Assembly (NCBI GenBank): GCA_043228905.1
Contig: JBHGNT010000022.1
Location: forward strand, 8,370,001-8,434,000
Length of the DNA stretch: 64,000 nt
Source: Azolla caroliniana
Taxonomy: Eukaryota > Plantae > Polypodiophyta
Reading direction: 5' to 3'
Both the position numbers and the translations under genes were made by a program. Positions 36,002 through 50,100 of this stretch are shown here, one piece after another. Every line of letters begins with the position of its first letter. The first letter of the stretch is position 1. The notes beneath the pieces were generated by a model. It had not been told where the DNA came from, did no database searches, and saw nothing but the letters and a program-made list of their open reading frames with translations.

Positions 36002-38500
36002 CCGAGCCAACTCCCCCCAAACAAATCATGATCGATTTTGAAGACAACCCGGACAACAACAAACAACTAAGGGAAATAACCAAGGAGATTCCGATCACGA
36101 CCAGGCTCAATGGGCCATAAGAGCCCCCGAGCAACCAAAGCATATCACGGCCAAGTCCGAAGATGGACAAAGGCAATGCCAAAATGCCGGAATATGAAGA
36201 CGATCAATTCGACGTCAACGAATTGACTCACTCACTCGACAATGAGCTCAATGGCTTTGATGTGCCCATCATGAGGACACTTGTTGTAAAGAAAGCCATT
36301 GCCACAACAAATGAGAAACTCTATCGCTCCACCCTAGAGAAGAAGTTGATTAGCTGATTCGGCTACAACGACTATATGGCATATCGCTATGCCTTTATGA
36401 TGAAGGTGGCGACAATTCAAGAACTGGAAAAGTTTTCCGACGCAGCCAAGGATCCATGATGGGTCGAAGCAATGAACAAGGAGATGCATGCACTATGCAA
36501 GAACGAGACATGGGATTTCATCCCCTACTCACCTCACAAGAAGGCAATCGGTTGCAGATGGATATTCAAGGTGAAGTATAATGTCGACGGCTCTATCAAC
36601 CGCTACAAAGCTCAACTCGTAGCAAAAGGTTATGCACAAACACTTGGAGTTGAATATGAAGAGACATTTGCCCTGGTGGCAAAAATGACAACTATGCACA
36701 CCATGATAGCGCTTGTAGCAGCGAAAAGGTGGCACCTTAATCAGATGGTTATCAAGAACGCCTTTCTTCAAGGCGAATTAGAAGAGGAAGTGTACATGGT
36801 ACAACCACCCGGCTTCGAACCCAACATCCACCCGAAAGTAGTTTGCCGACTACAGAAACCACTCTACAACCTTCAGTAAACACCACGTGCCTGGCATTCA
36901 AAGATAACACAATATCTTCATCAAATCGGCTTTAGAATGTCCAAATCCAACAACTCTCTCTATGTTAGAAGCAATTCTGGAAGCCCAATTGTCATCATCC
37001 TATACGTGGATGATCTAGTCATTGGAGGTGAAAATCTAGTCGACATCAACAAGTGCCAAGTCCCTCCTCTCCAGCAAATTAGAGATGAAGAACATGAAAG
37101 AGCTTAATTACTTCCTAGGTATTGAAGTAATTCGGACTCCAGCCAACATTATGATCTCCCAACGGCACTACATCTTAACTTGTTATACAAGTTCAGGATG
37201 ACTGAGTGCAAATCTATGGCACCCCAGCTCGATCGAAACCTCAAACTAGGTGCCAACTCTGGCACCACATAGTGTGAGCCGACCCACTATCGACAACTCA
37301 TTGGTAGTCTTATCTACCTCACGATCACTTGTCCCAATCTTAGCTATCCGGTCAGTCTCCTTAGCCAATTCATGCAAAAGCCACGTGACATTCACTTGGA
37401 TTTCACTACGCGAGTGTTACGATACGTGAGTGGCACAATGGATTGTGGCAATCTCTACAAATAGGTGACACCAATTCAACTCGAGGGGTACACAGATGTC
37501 GATTGGGCCGGTTATAAGGCCAATAGACGATCAACCTCCAGATTTGTTTTCTCCCTCAGCAGCAATGCGATATCCTGGAGTAGCAAGAAGCAACAGATTA
37601 TTGTATTTTCGAGCACAAAGGTCGAATATATGGGCACGGTTATGGCTGCATGTGAAGCCATATGGCTCAAAAGGATTTTGAAGGATCTGGACGTTCCCAT
37701 CAAGGATCTATTCCCCTTTACTATGATAACATGAGTAGTTGTCACGGACATACTAACCGAGGACTACAACGGAGCACGAATGACGAGACTACGATCAACA
37801 GGCTACAAACTTGGAGCTAGAAGTGACGAGGCTAGGAACTCGAGAAGTTATGAGCGACGAGATGAGGAATTTAAGACGCTAGGAACAATACAAGAGCATA
37901 AAGACAGAGATGTAAATCAACGAGAGAAGATGGAGCGAAACGAGAATACTAGATTGATGTGTCAATGACTGGTGTTGAATCCCTTGAAAAGGATCAAGGA
38001 AGTTACAAGTATTTATACCTGTTTGTGGCCTCTACATGTAGTTCCATGCATCGACCCATTTTCATGTAGAAGCTTCTGGAGCTTTCTGGAAGCTTCTAAA
38101 AACTCCTAGAACTTGGAATACATAATCTACTACTAATCTACTATGATAAAGATAACATAACCATGTATTTGGATGTGTTGGTTAGAATATAACACTTGAC
38201 TATATACAAGAGATGAAGAGTTCGAATCTTGACATGATTGTTGTCATGTCCGTGACAGTAGTATCCATTTGGCTTGGAACCCAGTGTTTCACGCACGCGT
38301 GAAGCATATCGAAATGCACTATCACTTCATCCGAGAGCACACTCAGGCTATAAGGAGATGTAGACCTTCAACACATCAACATGAATCTTCAGACAAGCGA
38401 TATCTTTACCAAAGCCCTAGGAGTCGATAAGCTTCGGCAATTCATGTTAGACCTTGGATTGACAATCCCTGACTTGCCAAGCTTGAGGGGGAGTATAAGA
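36002..38500 (+). pseudogene. Copia A pol, 3' part (RT and RNase H), heavily decayed
   Basis: IGCRWIFKVK, YKAQLVAKGYAQ, KNAFLQG, LYVDDL, GYTDVDWAG, NPVFHARVKHIEMHYHFIRE. Interrupted by the solo LTR at 37740-38257. Confidence 0.88.
37740..38257 (-). mobile_element. Solo LTR, chromovirus-like family 3
   Basis: 12-bp terminal inverted repeat TGTCACGGACAT/ATGTCCGTGACA and TSD GTAGT (37735-37739 and 38258-38262). Same TATA/hairpin/B-box layout as the LTRs of element B. Confidence 0.88.
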
Positions 38501-38585
38501 GACAAGCGGACACCATCCGAACCGAATATCAGTCAAAGCGGACATCAACTGAAAGAAGTTGGCCAAAGCTGAGCTTGAGGGGGCG

Positions 38586-39011
38586 TGTTGAGAATTAAGC
38601 TCAACCTAGTCTAGTGTGTGAATACACCCTTTGAGAATCTATGAGCACTCAAAGGTCAAAAGCCATCACTACTCTCTACACATCAACATTGTGTCATAGA
38701 ATCAACATTCCCCATGACTAATGAGTCTCCACATTCCCCAAGGTTCTAAAGAGAGAATGGCATTATAGTGAGTTAATGAAGAGAGAGGGTGACCTTATAT
38801 AAAGCACCTTCCTCCCACTTCATAAAGAGTTAGTTATTCTCCCTTGTAATGCTACATTTTTTGTACTTGATATTCTCCTTGTTAATATACATCTTCTTGA
38901 GTACTTCATTTCTCATATATATCTTGTGTTTCTCACCTCTTCTCTTTACACACACGCAATCACACATCTCTAAACTATTCCGTTGCACAGAATCATATTC
39001 AATTCTTTATA
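38586..39011 (+). repeat. 3' LTR of copia A
   Basis: Follows the PPT; homologous to 6326-6757. Confidence 0.8.
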
Positions 39012-39962
39012 GTGGTCAAGAATTGTTTTTATATCCAACCTAATCGTAAAAGTATACACTCTCAAATATGAAAATGTTAACAATGTGTCACTAAGTGCAC
39101 ATGTATATTATTTATTTATTGATGTTGTAAATACAAATGTACATATAACAATATATCGATATATATGTTAAGACATATAAACATCATAGAGGTCAATAGA
39201 ATAAGAGGAAATAAATAAATAAATGTAGATAATAAGAAAAAAAAACGCACTATCAAATTTTGAGGGGAGAAAATAAAAGTATCATAAATTCGAAAAAATC
39301 ACCCAAAATCAAGGACACAAAAAATGCAACACACCACCATAACTATAAACAGAGTTGTGTTAGGTTTGGAGTAAAGCAATGTTTTTTTTAATTAATTAAT
39401 TTTTTTTATTACCAAACATATATATATATATATAATCTATTTTATTTTATTTTATTTTCGGCCTCCAGATGCCATGATGACCGGTTGCAATAGGTCAACA
39501 AGTCACGATGATCTGTTGTAGCACGTCGTGATGACCTTTTGCACATTGCCCTACTGCAAGTTACCTACTACAATAGGTCGTTTTGACTTCCTATAGGTTA
39601 TTTCTTGCAGGTTACTTGCTGCAACAATTGGTGGCCCAAAAAACATAGAAATATAATATATATATATATATATATGAATAAATCATACAAATAAATAAGA
39701 ATTAAGAATAAAATAGTTATATGCATATACATGCTTATATGTAAAAAATGTGAATAAATTTAATTATTTTTTTTTAAATATAAATAAAATAAGAGCTCAT
39801 GTTATAATTGTCAATTAAACGACAAAACCCTAGTTGGGTATTAAGCACAAAATTGAACTGCCACATATAACCACACATATTGATGAACCAATCACCCCAC
39901 AATCGTAGAAAAGAAACAAAATATTTTACAAAATTATGAAAAGAAGAAGAAGAGAAATGGAT

Positions 39963-42900
39963 GTGGACCACTATTCCATCCCTGGAAATGTCTGGATGTC
40001 TAAATGGTGAGTGCTCCCCACTCACGACCTGTTGTACAAAGCACCATGCACAACTAGCAACCTCCCACCCCATTCCATGAGTATGAAGATTATAACATGG
40101 AACGTGTAAGGACTCAGAAGTAGACTAGACCAACAAAATAGATGGAAACTGAGAAGGGATCTTGAAGAACATTTACTAGGGAGTGGTGCTGACATCATGA
40201 TGTTGCAGGAACACCACCTCGATAGCACACAGTTAAAGGAAGTCGGAGACCTTCTACCAGGATCATGGCGAACGATTTGGGAGCCAGCAATTGGGGAGGA
40301 TGGAAATCATGGTGGTATTTGCACTTTGATTCGGGAACATCTAGCCCAGGGATTAATACACCAAGAATCACTTATACCTGGTAGGACACATTTTTGCACG
40401 CTGACCATCCAAGGGCAACGATGGAATTTCATGAATGTTTATGCTCCAAACAACATAACAGAAAGAGCAACATTCTGGAACCGCATCCGCCTACAAGTAG
40501 TGGGTGCGGAAGAGTGGTGCATTGGAGGGGATTTTAATATGATCGAATCCATTCATGATAGTTCCAACAACAACCCCATAGTCCTACAAGGAAGGGAACG
40601 CAAACAATGGGAGAAGCTATGTGTCCACCTTAACCTGCGAGACATCTGGCATTCTACCAACTTCCAACGAAAAAGGGACTCTCTCCTATTCTCCCGATCA
40701 GACGGGCGGAATAGTGGACCCATCCTATCTCGCATTGACCGCATTTATGTGGTTAGAAGCGAAGGGAGGGTGGTGTCGCATAACTCCAGGCACGACTTTC
40801 TCTAACCATTACCCAATAGCTGGTCATTTTCAATTGCACCGAAAATGGGGCCCATTCCAGACTCGCATCCCACACACTATTTACACACTTATAGACGTGA
40901 AGGACCAACTATCCAACCAATGGTCATTACCCGTCAATGGCTCATCAGGATCGGACAAACTTTTAGCTAAATTAACAAGAGCCTCTACTCTCCTACATGA
41001 GATTGTCAAGACCAGACGCAAGGATGCTCAGGAGAAGCGACAGAGGACAAAACGGGGACTAATAGCCTTACAACGCCTCCAACAGAGATACCCATCCTGT
41101 AGTTGGATCGCAGGACAAGTCGCCACAGCCAAACAGGAACTTAGCATGGCAAAAAAGGCAATATATGACATGGAGTTTCATGGCAGCATGGCGCGATGGA
41201 TTCGAGTAGGGGACAAAACCACAAAGGAATTCTTCCGCTCCAAAGGCCCGAGGCACGCTAGAACTGTGATGCGTAGCCTCAACCGGGAGGAAAAATGAGG
41301 AATATTGCCACAAGGTATTATAGCCGCCTACTTACCGAAGACATGATAGCTACAGAGGAAGACATAAGCGATGATATTATCCTCCAAAGCATACCCGAGA
41401 AAGTCACACCAGAAATGAATACCTGGCTTGTGCATCCTCTATCAATCATTGAGATATGGGAGGCCCTCACTGATTTAGATGTTGAGAGCTGCCCCGGAAT
41501 TGACGGTCTCACCCCGCATTTTTTCACATGCCTTTGGGGCACTATTAAAGAAGACCTCCTCCAGTCATATGAGGAGATCATCACCTCTGGAAGCATGCCG
41601 GAGGAATTTGGACAGGGGATGATACATCTCATTCCTAAAAGTGGTGGGAATGCCAACGACATTCACAAATGGCGGCCCATTACTCTTCTCAATACTATCT
41701 ATAAGTTGCTCGCAAAAATCGTGGCACGCCATTTAACTCCACTTCTTCCTCAACTCATTCATCTGTCACAGACAGGTTTCGTTAGAAATCGGAGCATCCT
41801 AGACAACCTCTTCTCATTTTGGGAAGCAGTAGCCCTTGCCAAGCAGACCAACAAGAAGGTAGCGGTGGTGCTACTAGATTTTGAGAAAGCCTATGATAGG
41901 GTATGCTGGAACTTTCTAGAAAGTGTGATGAGGAAACTCGGCTTTCAAGAGACATGGATCAAAGACATTGCAGGATTTTATAGGAATGACAACAGGTGTG
42001 TTTCGCTGGCAGGTGAAAGGGGCCCCTTTTTCCGAATATCCCGCTCTGTACGGCAGGGATGTCCACTAGCCCCATCCTTATTTCTATTATACGCCGAAGC
42101 TCACTCTCTTGCTTTCTCAACTCGCGGCATCTCAACCTACGTGGTCTTCCCATACCTCATTCTTACCAAAGCATCCTGGATATAGAATTTGCAGATGACA
42201 CAACAGTCTACCTGCAAGGGGACCTGGACAACCTCCAAAAGCTAGAAAGTGGGCTAGTTTTATTTTGCAAGCGATCCAACGCCATGATCAATTGGCACAA
42301 ATCCTGTGCAATATGGCTTTCTCAAGAAACACATCCGGCGTGGCACCCTCACCCCGCTTTCAAGTGGATCAATCAAGGAGTGAGCACCAAATATTTGGGC
42401 TTCCAAATTGGCTTCAACATACCGTCGGAGACTATGATTGCACCCGTTATCCTCTCCATTCGACAAAAGTTGATACATTGGAGCTCTAAAAAATTGTCGC
42501 TAGCAGGTCGCATCATAGTGGCAAATCAGGTACTCCTCGCAACAGCATGGTACAGTCTATCATGCTGGACAATCTCCAAGGAAAGTATACATCAGATTCA
42601 ACGACTAGTCCGCAACTACATTTGGTATGGTAAGGAAGACCATGTAGCTCACGCCAAGGTGGTGTGGCCTATACTCACAACACCTAAGTCGAGAGGGGGA
42701 TTGGGTCTTATTGATCCCCTTTCACAATCGAAAGCCTTACTTGCCAAATTTGTGGTGCGAGGACTCCAACCAAGAAATGATTGTTGGAAAATGCTACTGA
42801 GGTTACGTTTCGCTTACTTTAAGCCACGAAAAGGGGTCAATTGGGCCCCCCAAACGGGATGGATTCTAAACATGGATCTCAAACCTAGTTTCTCCCGCCA

Positions 42901-44417
42901 TTTGGAGGACAGATTCAGTGCATCCATGTGGAAGGCATAGTGTGACATTCGGCGGGGGCTCTAGTGTGATCAACCGAGATCCGAACCTGCCTGGCTCAGT
43001 CAACGTATCCTATGGAACCCATGTCTCAAGGATGAATCTAATCAACTACTGGGATCACGTAAGGGGTTGTCATGGGGATACATTGCAGAAGGTCCAAGCA
43101 AAAGTATTGAATGTTGGCGACGGTTTATGTCAATGCCACTACAAGATCAAGCGAACATACTCCATGGAATCAAGGGCGGATGGACTATGAGATCGGAAAT
43201 CATTAACACGCTACTGATTAGGGACTCTGCTACTCAAAGGACGACAGTGGAGAAATGGATAGGCCACGAGGAGGACGGCTCTCTGATCCCGAGCGGTAGG
43301 GGATCACCAGACATGCTCGAAGGCCATGAAGTGAGAGACACTGAGACACCCACACAGAATAACGCTATTCGAGTACTCGCGTACACTGGTCATAAATGGA
43401 TTGTAGATCCTGATCCGATCAAAGTACAACCTGATTGGCATATATGTACTCATGAAAACACATGGCTGTGTAAGGTCAGTTGGGACCCTTTGCAATGGAC
43501 ATGGCGTGATCCCTACGCGGGGCAAGGAAGCAAACCCATCCCTTTCTTCCAATTCACAACTAGATTGGGTCACCACATTCTAGCTGCTCAAGCCGCCCGA
43601 GAACCAGTTGCTGCAAAGGTCTGGCGCACATTTCAAGTTCCCTCCGCAATAATCACCAAGTTTTGCCAGAAAATCTGGAAGCTACAACACGTGAGGCGAA
43701 TTACCACCTTCCAATGGCTGTTAATACATAAGTCCCTACTGGTGGGAGCATGGCAACGTGGGAACCTTAACTCTCCTAATTGTGTAGAGTGCCCACATTC
43801 AGTAGAATCCATACGACACGCTCTGTGGGACTGCCCAACGTCCCATAGAACATGGCGGGGGGTTGGCCGCTTGTTGCAGTTATGACAGGTGCAAGGTTCA
43901 ATCAAGTGGGGAAATATATGTTGGCTATCATGGCAGGCTGCAATTGGCCGATACGAGCATCAGGAGGAGGGGATGACTTTGGTGATAAAAGCACAAGAGG
44001 TTCTTTTCTCCTCCAGCGACAATGTCCACTATTTTCCTCTTAATGACAAATCTCAAGAGGTGGTGGAATTGGTCAGCCCAATAACCCTTTGGATTCTATG
44101 GAAACAACGATGTAGGCGAGTCTTCTCCAACCAAACCACCCATCCAACAAGGTTACTACAAGAGATATGGAGTGAAGTTGTAGCCACTCTGAAGAGCCAA
44201 TATGATGGCCTTAAAGGTGGCTCCGAGGGAGTTGAAAGACAACGCATAACCTTCATCCAACAATGGTCGTCCTCTCCCTTTCTTGAGTCAATGGGCTTCC
44301 ACATTAGATGGAACTATCGCGTCCCTTTAGGGATTTGTACATAATCGCCTCATTTGTAAAATTTTATAACTAATGGAAGGAGTTTTTTTTTGGAAAAAAG
44401 AAAAAAGAAAAAAAGAA
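39963..44417 (+). mobile_element. 5'-truncated L1-clade LINE
   Basis: ORF2 only. A-rich tail at 44393-44420. Candidate TSD AAATGGAT (39955-39962 and 44418-44425). Confidence 0.85.
40077..44344 (+). pseudogene. L1 ORF2 (APE, RT, zf-RVT), disrupted
   Basis: ITWNV, LQEHH, NVYAP, GGDFN, SRIDR; CPGIDG, WRPITLLN, LDFEKAYDRV, SVRQGCPLAP, FADDT, KYLG; CVEC...ESIRHALWDC, LWILWKQR. Confidence 0.9.
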
Positions 44418-44540
44418 AAATGGATAATGTCAAAGTTCTTGAGTTGGTTGTTCTTGGATCGAGAAAACGCACTCCATTAATTGCTCCAAGATTAAGAAAA
44501 ACAAAAAGAAAACAAGCCAACACAAGAAAATGTTAATCAC

Positions 44541-45172
44541 ACTCTAATACCAAATGTTAGAATCTTAATTAATGTTAAGCAAAATTAAATAAGAAAAAAG
44601 GAGGAAAGGGTTCCAGTCCACCCGACCAACCCATAACAAAGGTGAGAGACGGATCCAAGTCTGCCATTGTTGTCCCATACCACTATGTACAAACATGGAT
44701 CATACCTTGGGTTTGATAAAGAGGAGGCACATTTGTATGAAGCTAGATCATTGCTACACTATCAGAGTCTCTATCTCAGAACAAAAAAGAAAAGAGATGC
44801 GGTAGCTAGCCTTCTTATTTAGGCTCAAACCACAAGGATCTATGTGTTTTATCGAACCCCACAACACTACAACATGGACAAAATATATTAGAACATGTTT
44901 TAGCAAAAAGAGGGAAACGAGAATAAGGACCTAGGGCATGGCCCAATATATTAAGGCGTGACACAAATGATCAAGCACGTAAAATGAATGCAGTTAATAT
45001 TACACAATTCACAAGGCCAATGCATGGTTAAAGTTAGGGGATATATAAATGTTAGAATAATCAGTAATTGGTTGCTCATTAAGATAATTTTTATACATGT
45101 ATAATTGATCGCTAGCATTTTGTATTGATACATTGATAGCGTGATGGAAGCCTTGCTTTTGATTGCAATAAC
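44541..45172 (-). mobile_element. Possible very old LTR and PBS remnant
   Basis: ACTCTAATACCAAA-TGTTAG resembles a decayed reverse-complement Met-i PBS abutting an LTR end. The far boundary is a guess. Confidence 0.3.
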
Positions 45173-46539
45173 ATATCTCAAATAAAATACCAAGAATTGT
45201 AATACACATGTCCCCTTTCTGACTTATGTACATATTGATATAATATTAATTTATGTTTAAATTGTTCTTGAGCAAGAAATTAAAAAACAATAAGACGATG
45301 CACATGAAATGGATATTTAAGTATTGAACTATATAACTCAATTGATTTGACCTACATGTCACACATTCCTTGCTTGCATGTTGAAATAATTGTTATTCAA
45401 CCTTGAGAATCCGTACATTAGATTATATGCCCCTCATTTGTTGCAACTATTGGTTTTGTGTCACAAAAACTTGGGTTATCATACACGCGGGATGAACTCA
45501 TCGTTGACCACCAATAATTATGATTCTGTACCATATTAATGTAGACGATGTTTTTGGGGAACTCACTCTGAAGCTAGTTTGGACGACCTACCTATTCATT
45601 CATATGAAGAATGTGGCTAAGAGAAATGCAACGTTAACATTTGAGAAACAATGAACCAAAGCAACAATAGGTTAAGAAGTCGGAATTGCTCTAGCAGTCG
45701 ATTTACTGTGAGCACTAACGTGGTTGGTTAAAAATACAATTTCTTATTACTAATGTCAATTTTAAGTGTCATTTGATGTTTAGTTCACACAAATAAGATT
45801 TGGTCCACTTGTTGCCTATCCACATTTTTACAACCAAGGCACAATTTGTTGGAATTTGTCAACAAACCCCACATTTTTTCGAGCATCAATATCAATATAG
45901 ATTTTCATATGAACACTTGATCTAAACTAGGTAGCTAGCACAAGCTCATGAGCATGATCATATTATTGTGGTACAAATTTGGCAAATTCATCGAAATGCT
46001 ACTATACTTTAAGATAAATTGGAAAATGCCATTTGAGTTTCAACAACGACGTAGGTTAAAGTTTTCCAAATTGCTACGCATGAGTAGTTTTCTTTGATAG
46101 TAGAGTAAATTATTTTCGATAACCACAAAAGCATCTTGAGCTTTTCAACAACCGAGTATTTTTAATGATGTGATGCAAAGATTGAAGGTCTTTGAACAAT
46201 CAACCCATGATAAGTTGCTCTTCGTCTTTCTCGGATCAGATTAATTTAACTCTAAACAAATTGTGTGAGCACAGATATGAGCGGGAGGAGTCTTGGAGAA
46301 TCACGATGACCAATCATTAACGGCAATGATCAAAAGCAAAAGTTGTTTTCTTCCTGCAGTGTTGTGTTGATGATTGTCCGGTTACCAAACGATAACTCGC
46401 CATAATGATCAAAATCAACAATAATTCGGAGAACCATACAATTGTTAAAAAACCAGCAGAGAACAATGATGGCATAACGCTTGCTTCGCGGCAAACAAGA
46501 TGATGGAAGCTGGGTGGGTGGGCACTTGACTAGGCAGGT

Positions 46540-46965
46540 GGCAAGCAAGCAGAGAAGGGAAGGGGTAGTTCTAGAATTAGGGTGAACCCAGAGAGGGGCA
46601 TGCCTAGGGAGTGACTGTGCAAGGAGGCAAGCAAGCAGGGAAGGGAAGGGAAGGGAAGGGGTAGTTCTAGAATTAGGGTAAACTCAGAGCAGGAGGCAAG
46701 CAAGCAGGGAAGGGAAGGGAATGGGTAGTTCTAGAATTAGGGTAAACTCAGAGCAGGAGGCAAGCAAGCAGGGAAGGGAAGGGAAGGGGTAGTTCTAGAA
46801 TTAGGGTAAACCCAGAGAGGGGCATGCCTGGGCACTAATTGGGCAGGAGGCAAGCAAGCAGAGAAGGGAAGGGGTAGTTCTAGAATTAGGGTAAACTCAG
46901 AGAGGGGCATGCGTGGAAAGCAAGCAGAGAAGGGAAGGGGTAGTTCTAGAATTAGGGTAAACCCA
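46540..46965. repeat. Six-unit purine-rich minisatellite directly upstream of NOC2
   Basis: Six copies of GCAAGCAG..AAGGGAAGGGGTAGTTCTAGAATTAGGGT(A/G)AAC with variable spacers (period about 64-96 bp). Confidence 0.9.
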
Positions 46966-47109
46966 TGCAATCACCCCTTAATACCAAACGATGTCTAAAA
47001 CCCCGATTTCCTGCAGACCTTTCTTTCTATCTCTCTCTCTCTGTCGTCCCGTGTTTTTTTTTTCTTCCTTCATATTTTCTCTGCTCTGTTTCTTCTCTGA
47101 TCCGTGGAG

Positions 47110-50100
47110 ATGGGCAAAATCGCAAAGAGCGCGAAGAAGTTTGTGAAGAAGCACCTCAAGTCTACCATAGAAAAGAGGCGCAAGCTCAAGCCCATGAAAC
47201 AAGCATTCAAGAAGAAGAATTCATTTTCAGGTATGCATAAATATACATATGTATGTCGACATATGCACTTGCTTAATATAAAGCATTTTTGAAGAATTAA
47301 TTTTCAGCTGTGCTTATAGACATACACACACACGCACACACATAATAGGGTAATCATTCTCAATTGAAAAAACAGAAGTGCGCAGAGTTACACTCGCATA
47401 TGGCCGTGCTCAAAAATGCAATAAAAAAATCTTTTTCTACTCAGCATTATGTAAATAGGGTTTATGCTGTTTAGGGTATTTAAGCGGATTTAAGGTGTTT
47501 TAGTTTTTATTCTTCATTTTTTAGTGTACGGTTTACGGCTTATAATTTAGTTTGTTCTGGGTTCTAGAGTTTAGACTTAATGCGTTCTTTGCGATAGTTT
47601 TAGGTTAGACATAGGGGTATTTTTTTTCTGGGTTTGTAAAATATTTAAGGTCTAGGGAAGCTATTTATATTATACATGAACTCATTTTGGTTTTGCATAG
47701 GTAAATCAGGAAGGAAGAAAGTCGATGAAAGTGGTTTCAGCCAAGAGGCTGCGAAGAAGTAATAAACGTTCACATATTTAATGTAATAAAGATATTTGTC
47801 ATTCCATCCTGACTTGGTTGTATTAAAACTTAGAATATCTCTGTTTTGGCAGGGAAATCAAAGACATGAGTGTCGATGAATTTCTGGATGGTGAATTCTT
47901 AGATGATAGCCATGAAGAAAGTGATTCACTCTCGCAAGATGAAGGTGACAGTGATCAAGAAGAAAACTTAGCTACCGAGGTAACTTCGCTCACTTTCAGT
48001 CTTTCTTTCCCTGTTTTCTTTCAGGGCCTTTTTTAACTACAATAGGTGCTTGAATAACAATCTGAACAAAGTACCATGAAAGGAACATATAATCTTTTAA
48101 ATGTAAAACAGGATGGAGAAGAAGATTTTCTGGATGTTACACCTGCTGAGCTTCAAAACGAAACTTCAGAAGGTATGGCATTTATCTTTTTGTCTCCATA
48201 ATAATCTGCATGTTTAAGTTTGTATCATTATGTTCATCTCTTTGATTTGAATAAGCCCCAACAAAATGCAAGATATTCATCAGTTGATTGTGGTTAGATG
48301 ATGATGAAGAAGAAGACTCGCCCTTGCAATCTCAAAACAAGTCACTTGTTTCTGAAGTGGACAAGCACAAAAAACAACTACAACTACTGAAACAGAAGGT
48401 ATGTTAGAGCTAAAAATTTGGATGATTAATCATCTGTATCAACCAACTTTGAATTGCCTTGACAAGCAGCATGCTTGTCTGAATAATAGAAACCGTTAGA
48501 CCCTCTTGAACAACTTCAGGTGTAGCCTATTCTGTTGTTCCCTTTGCAAATTTTAATGATAATGAAAGTTCTATAGCCGGTAAAATATCTTGATTCTTGT
48601 GGTTAATGCAAGTCCATTTTTTGTATTGCATTCCCTCTTTCTCCTGGGCATTATAAATATTGGTTCTTTTTAGATACTTCAGATGTTTCTGGCACATTTA
48701 CTTTATGGTTATATGCTATTTATCTAGAATTCCCCTTTAATTGTGCAACTTGCATTGTTTTTGTTTCCAACAGGATCCAGAGTTTTTCAAGTTTCTGGAG
48801 GAGCATGACAAAGAACTGCTAGATTTTGAAGATGATGAAATGGTGATTTTTTAACTTTCCATTTCAGTTTTCCAGCTCTGTAATAATTCAAAGTTTTTTT
48901 CCGATGTATTATTTTTGGAACTCCTTGCCAGATAGTTTATGTGCTTTTTCAACCTTTTTCATTATTGATGAATAATTTTCTATTTTATCAGGAAGAAGAA
49001 AGTAGTGGAAAAGCAGATATGTCTTCTGAGAAAGATCAAGAAGCACCTGTGTCGTGTCTGACTACTTCACTTATAGAATCTTGGTGTACATTAGTCAAGG
49101 AAAAAAATCATGTGGGAGCCCTTTGTAACCTTTTAAAAGCATATCGTACAGCTTGCCATTATGGTGATGGAGAAGAGGATGAATTTGCAAACAAGTATAA
49201 TATATCTAGTAGTCATGTTTTCAACAAGGTTATGTTTTTCACCCTATCCGAGGTAGATGGTATCTTCCGAAAGATGCTCGGCATCGATACAAAAGAAACA
49301 TCTCATTTTGATGCTGAAAAGTGTGCTCGGTGGAAAAAATTTGAGCCTCTCGTGAAGTCTTATCTCGGGAATACACTTCACATCTTGACTCAAATGACCG
49401 ATAATCAAATGATTTCTTTCACTTTAAAGAGATTGAAGGCATCCACTTCTTTCATGGGGGCACTACCGAGATTCGCACGCAAATATCTCAAAGTACCATT
49501 AATTTATTACCCTATGATCTGTTTTCCTTATTAACATTTTGAAATGAAGTAAACAAATTGATGCCTGACGTTACTCCTTTTGTAAGGTTGCTCTTCATTT
49601 TTGGGGGAGAGGAGAAGGATCTGTCTCATTGGTTGCTTTCATGTTTATTCGAGAGATGTGTTTACTCATGGGAACCGATCATTTGGATGCATGTCTCAAG
49701 GGTATATATAAAGAATTTTCAGCGAATTCCAAATTTGTCAGTGCGGCCGCAATTCCGCGGATTCGCTTTATGATCAATTGTGTGGTAGAATTATATGGGA
49801 TTGATCTTGCTGCATCTTATCAACAAGCATTCATGTTTATAAGGCAACTAGCTATTGTTTTGAGAAATGCGCTGACTATGAAAACAAAGGTATGTGACAA
49901 ACTTCCTGTCTATTGATTAATAAAATATTTATCCCTGTGTTCGTCGAAGTTCTATTCTTCTTTTTTTTTGTCACATTCCATTAAATGGTTGTGCTTTACT
50001 GGACCTATTTGATGACTAAAAGTATTTTCTGTAGGTTTGATGGAACCTTCAGTAATATTCAGTACGATGTGAATTGTAATGAAATTGAGATTGATTAGCC

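Larger units (their letters stand above)
6326..39011 (+). mobile_element. Ty1/copia element A, outermost host of the nest
   Basis: 5' LTR 6326-6757, PBS TGGTATCA (tRNA-iMet) at 6758, gag 6916-7870, partial integrase to 8316, RT/RH 36002-38480, PPT GAGGGGGCG, 3' LTR 38586-39011. The LTRs are visibly diverged and no TSD was found. Confidence 0.8.

Noticed and set aside
6321-39016. TSD for copia A
   Set aside because: The flanks CCTAA and GTGGT do not match. The element may be recombinant or its ends eroded, so no TSD is claimed.
39420-39680. Short GC-richer island with repeated CAATAGGTC/GATGACC motifs between (TA)n runs, possibly a DNA-transposon remnant
   Set aside because: No TIR or TSD could be identified by eye.
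45290-46330. Possible decayed transposase on the minus strand
   Set aside because: No sustained ORF and no unambiguous motif; a translated HMM search would be needed.
46540-46965. CRISPR-like repeat/spacer array
   Set aside because: The context is eukaryotic, the spacers are related to one another and vary by deletion, and there are no cas genes. It is a minisatellite.
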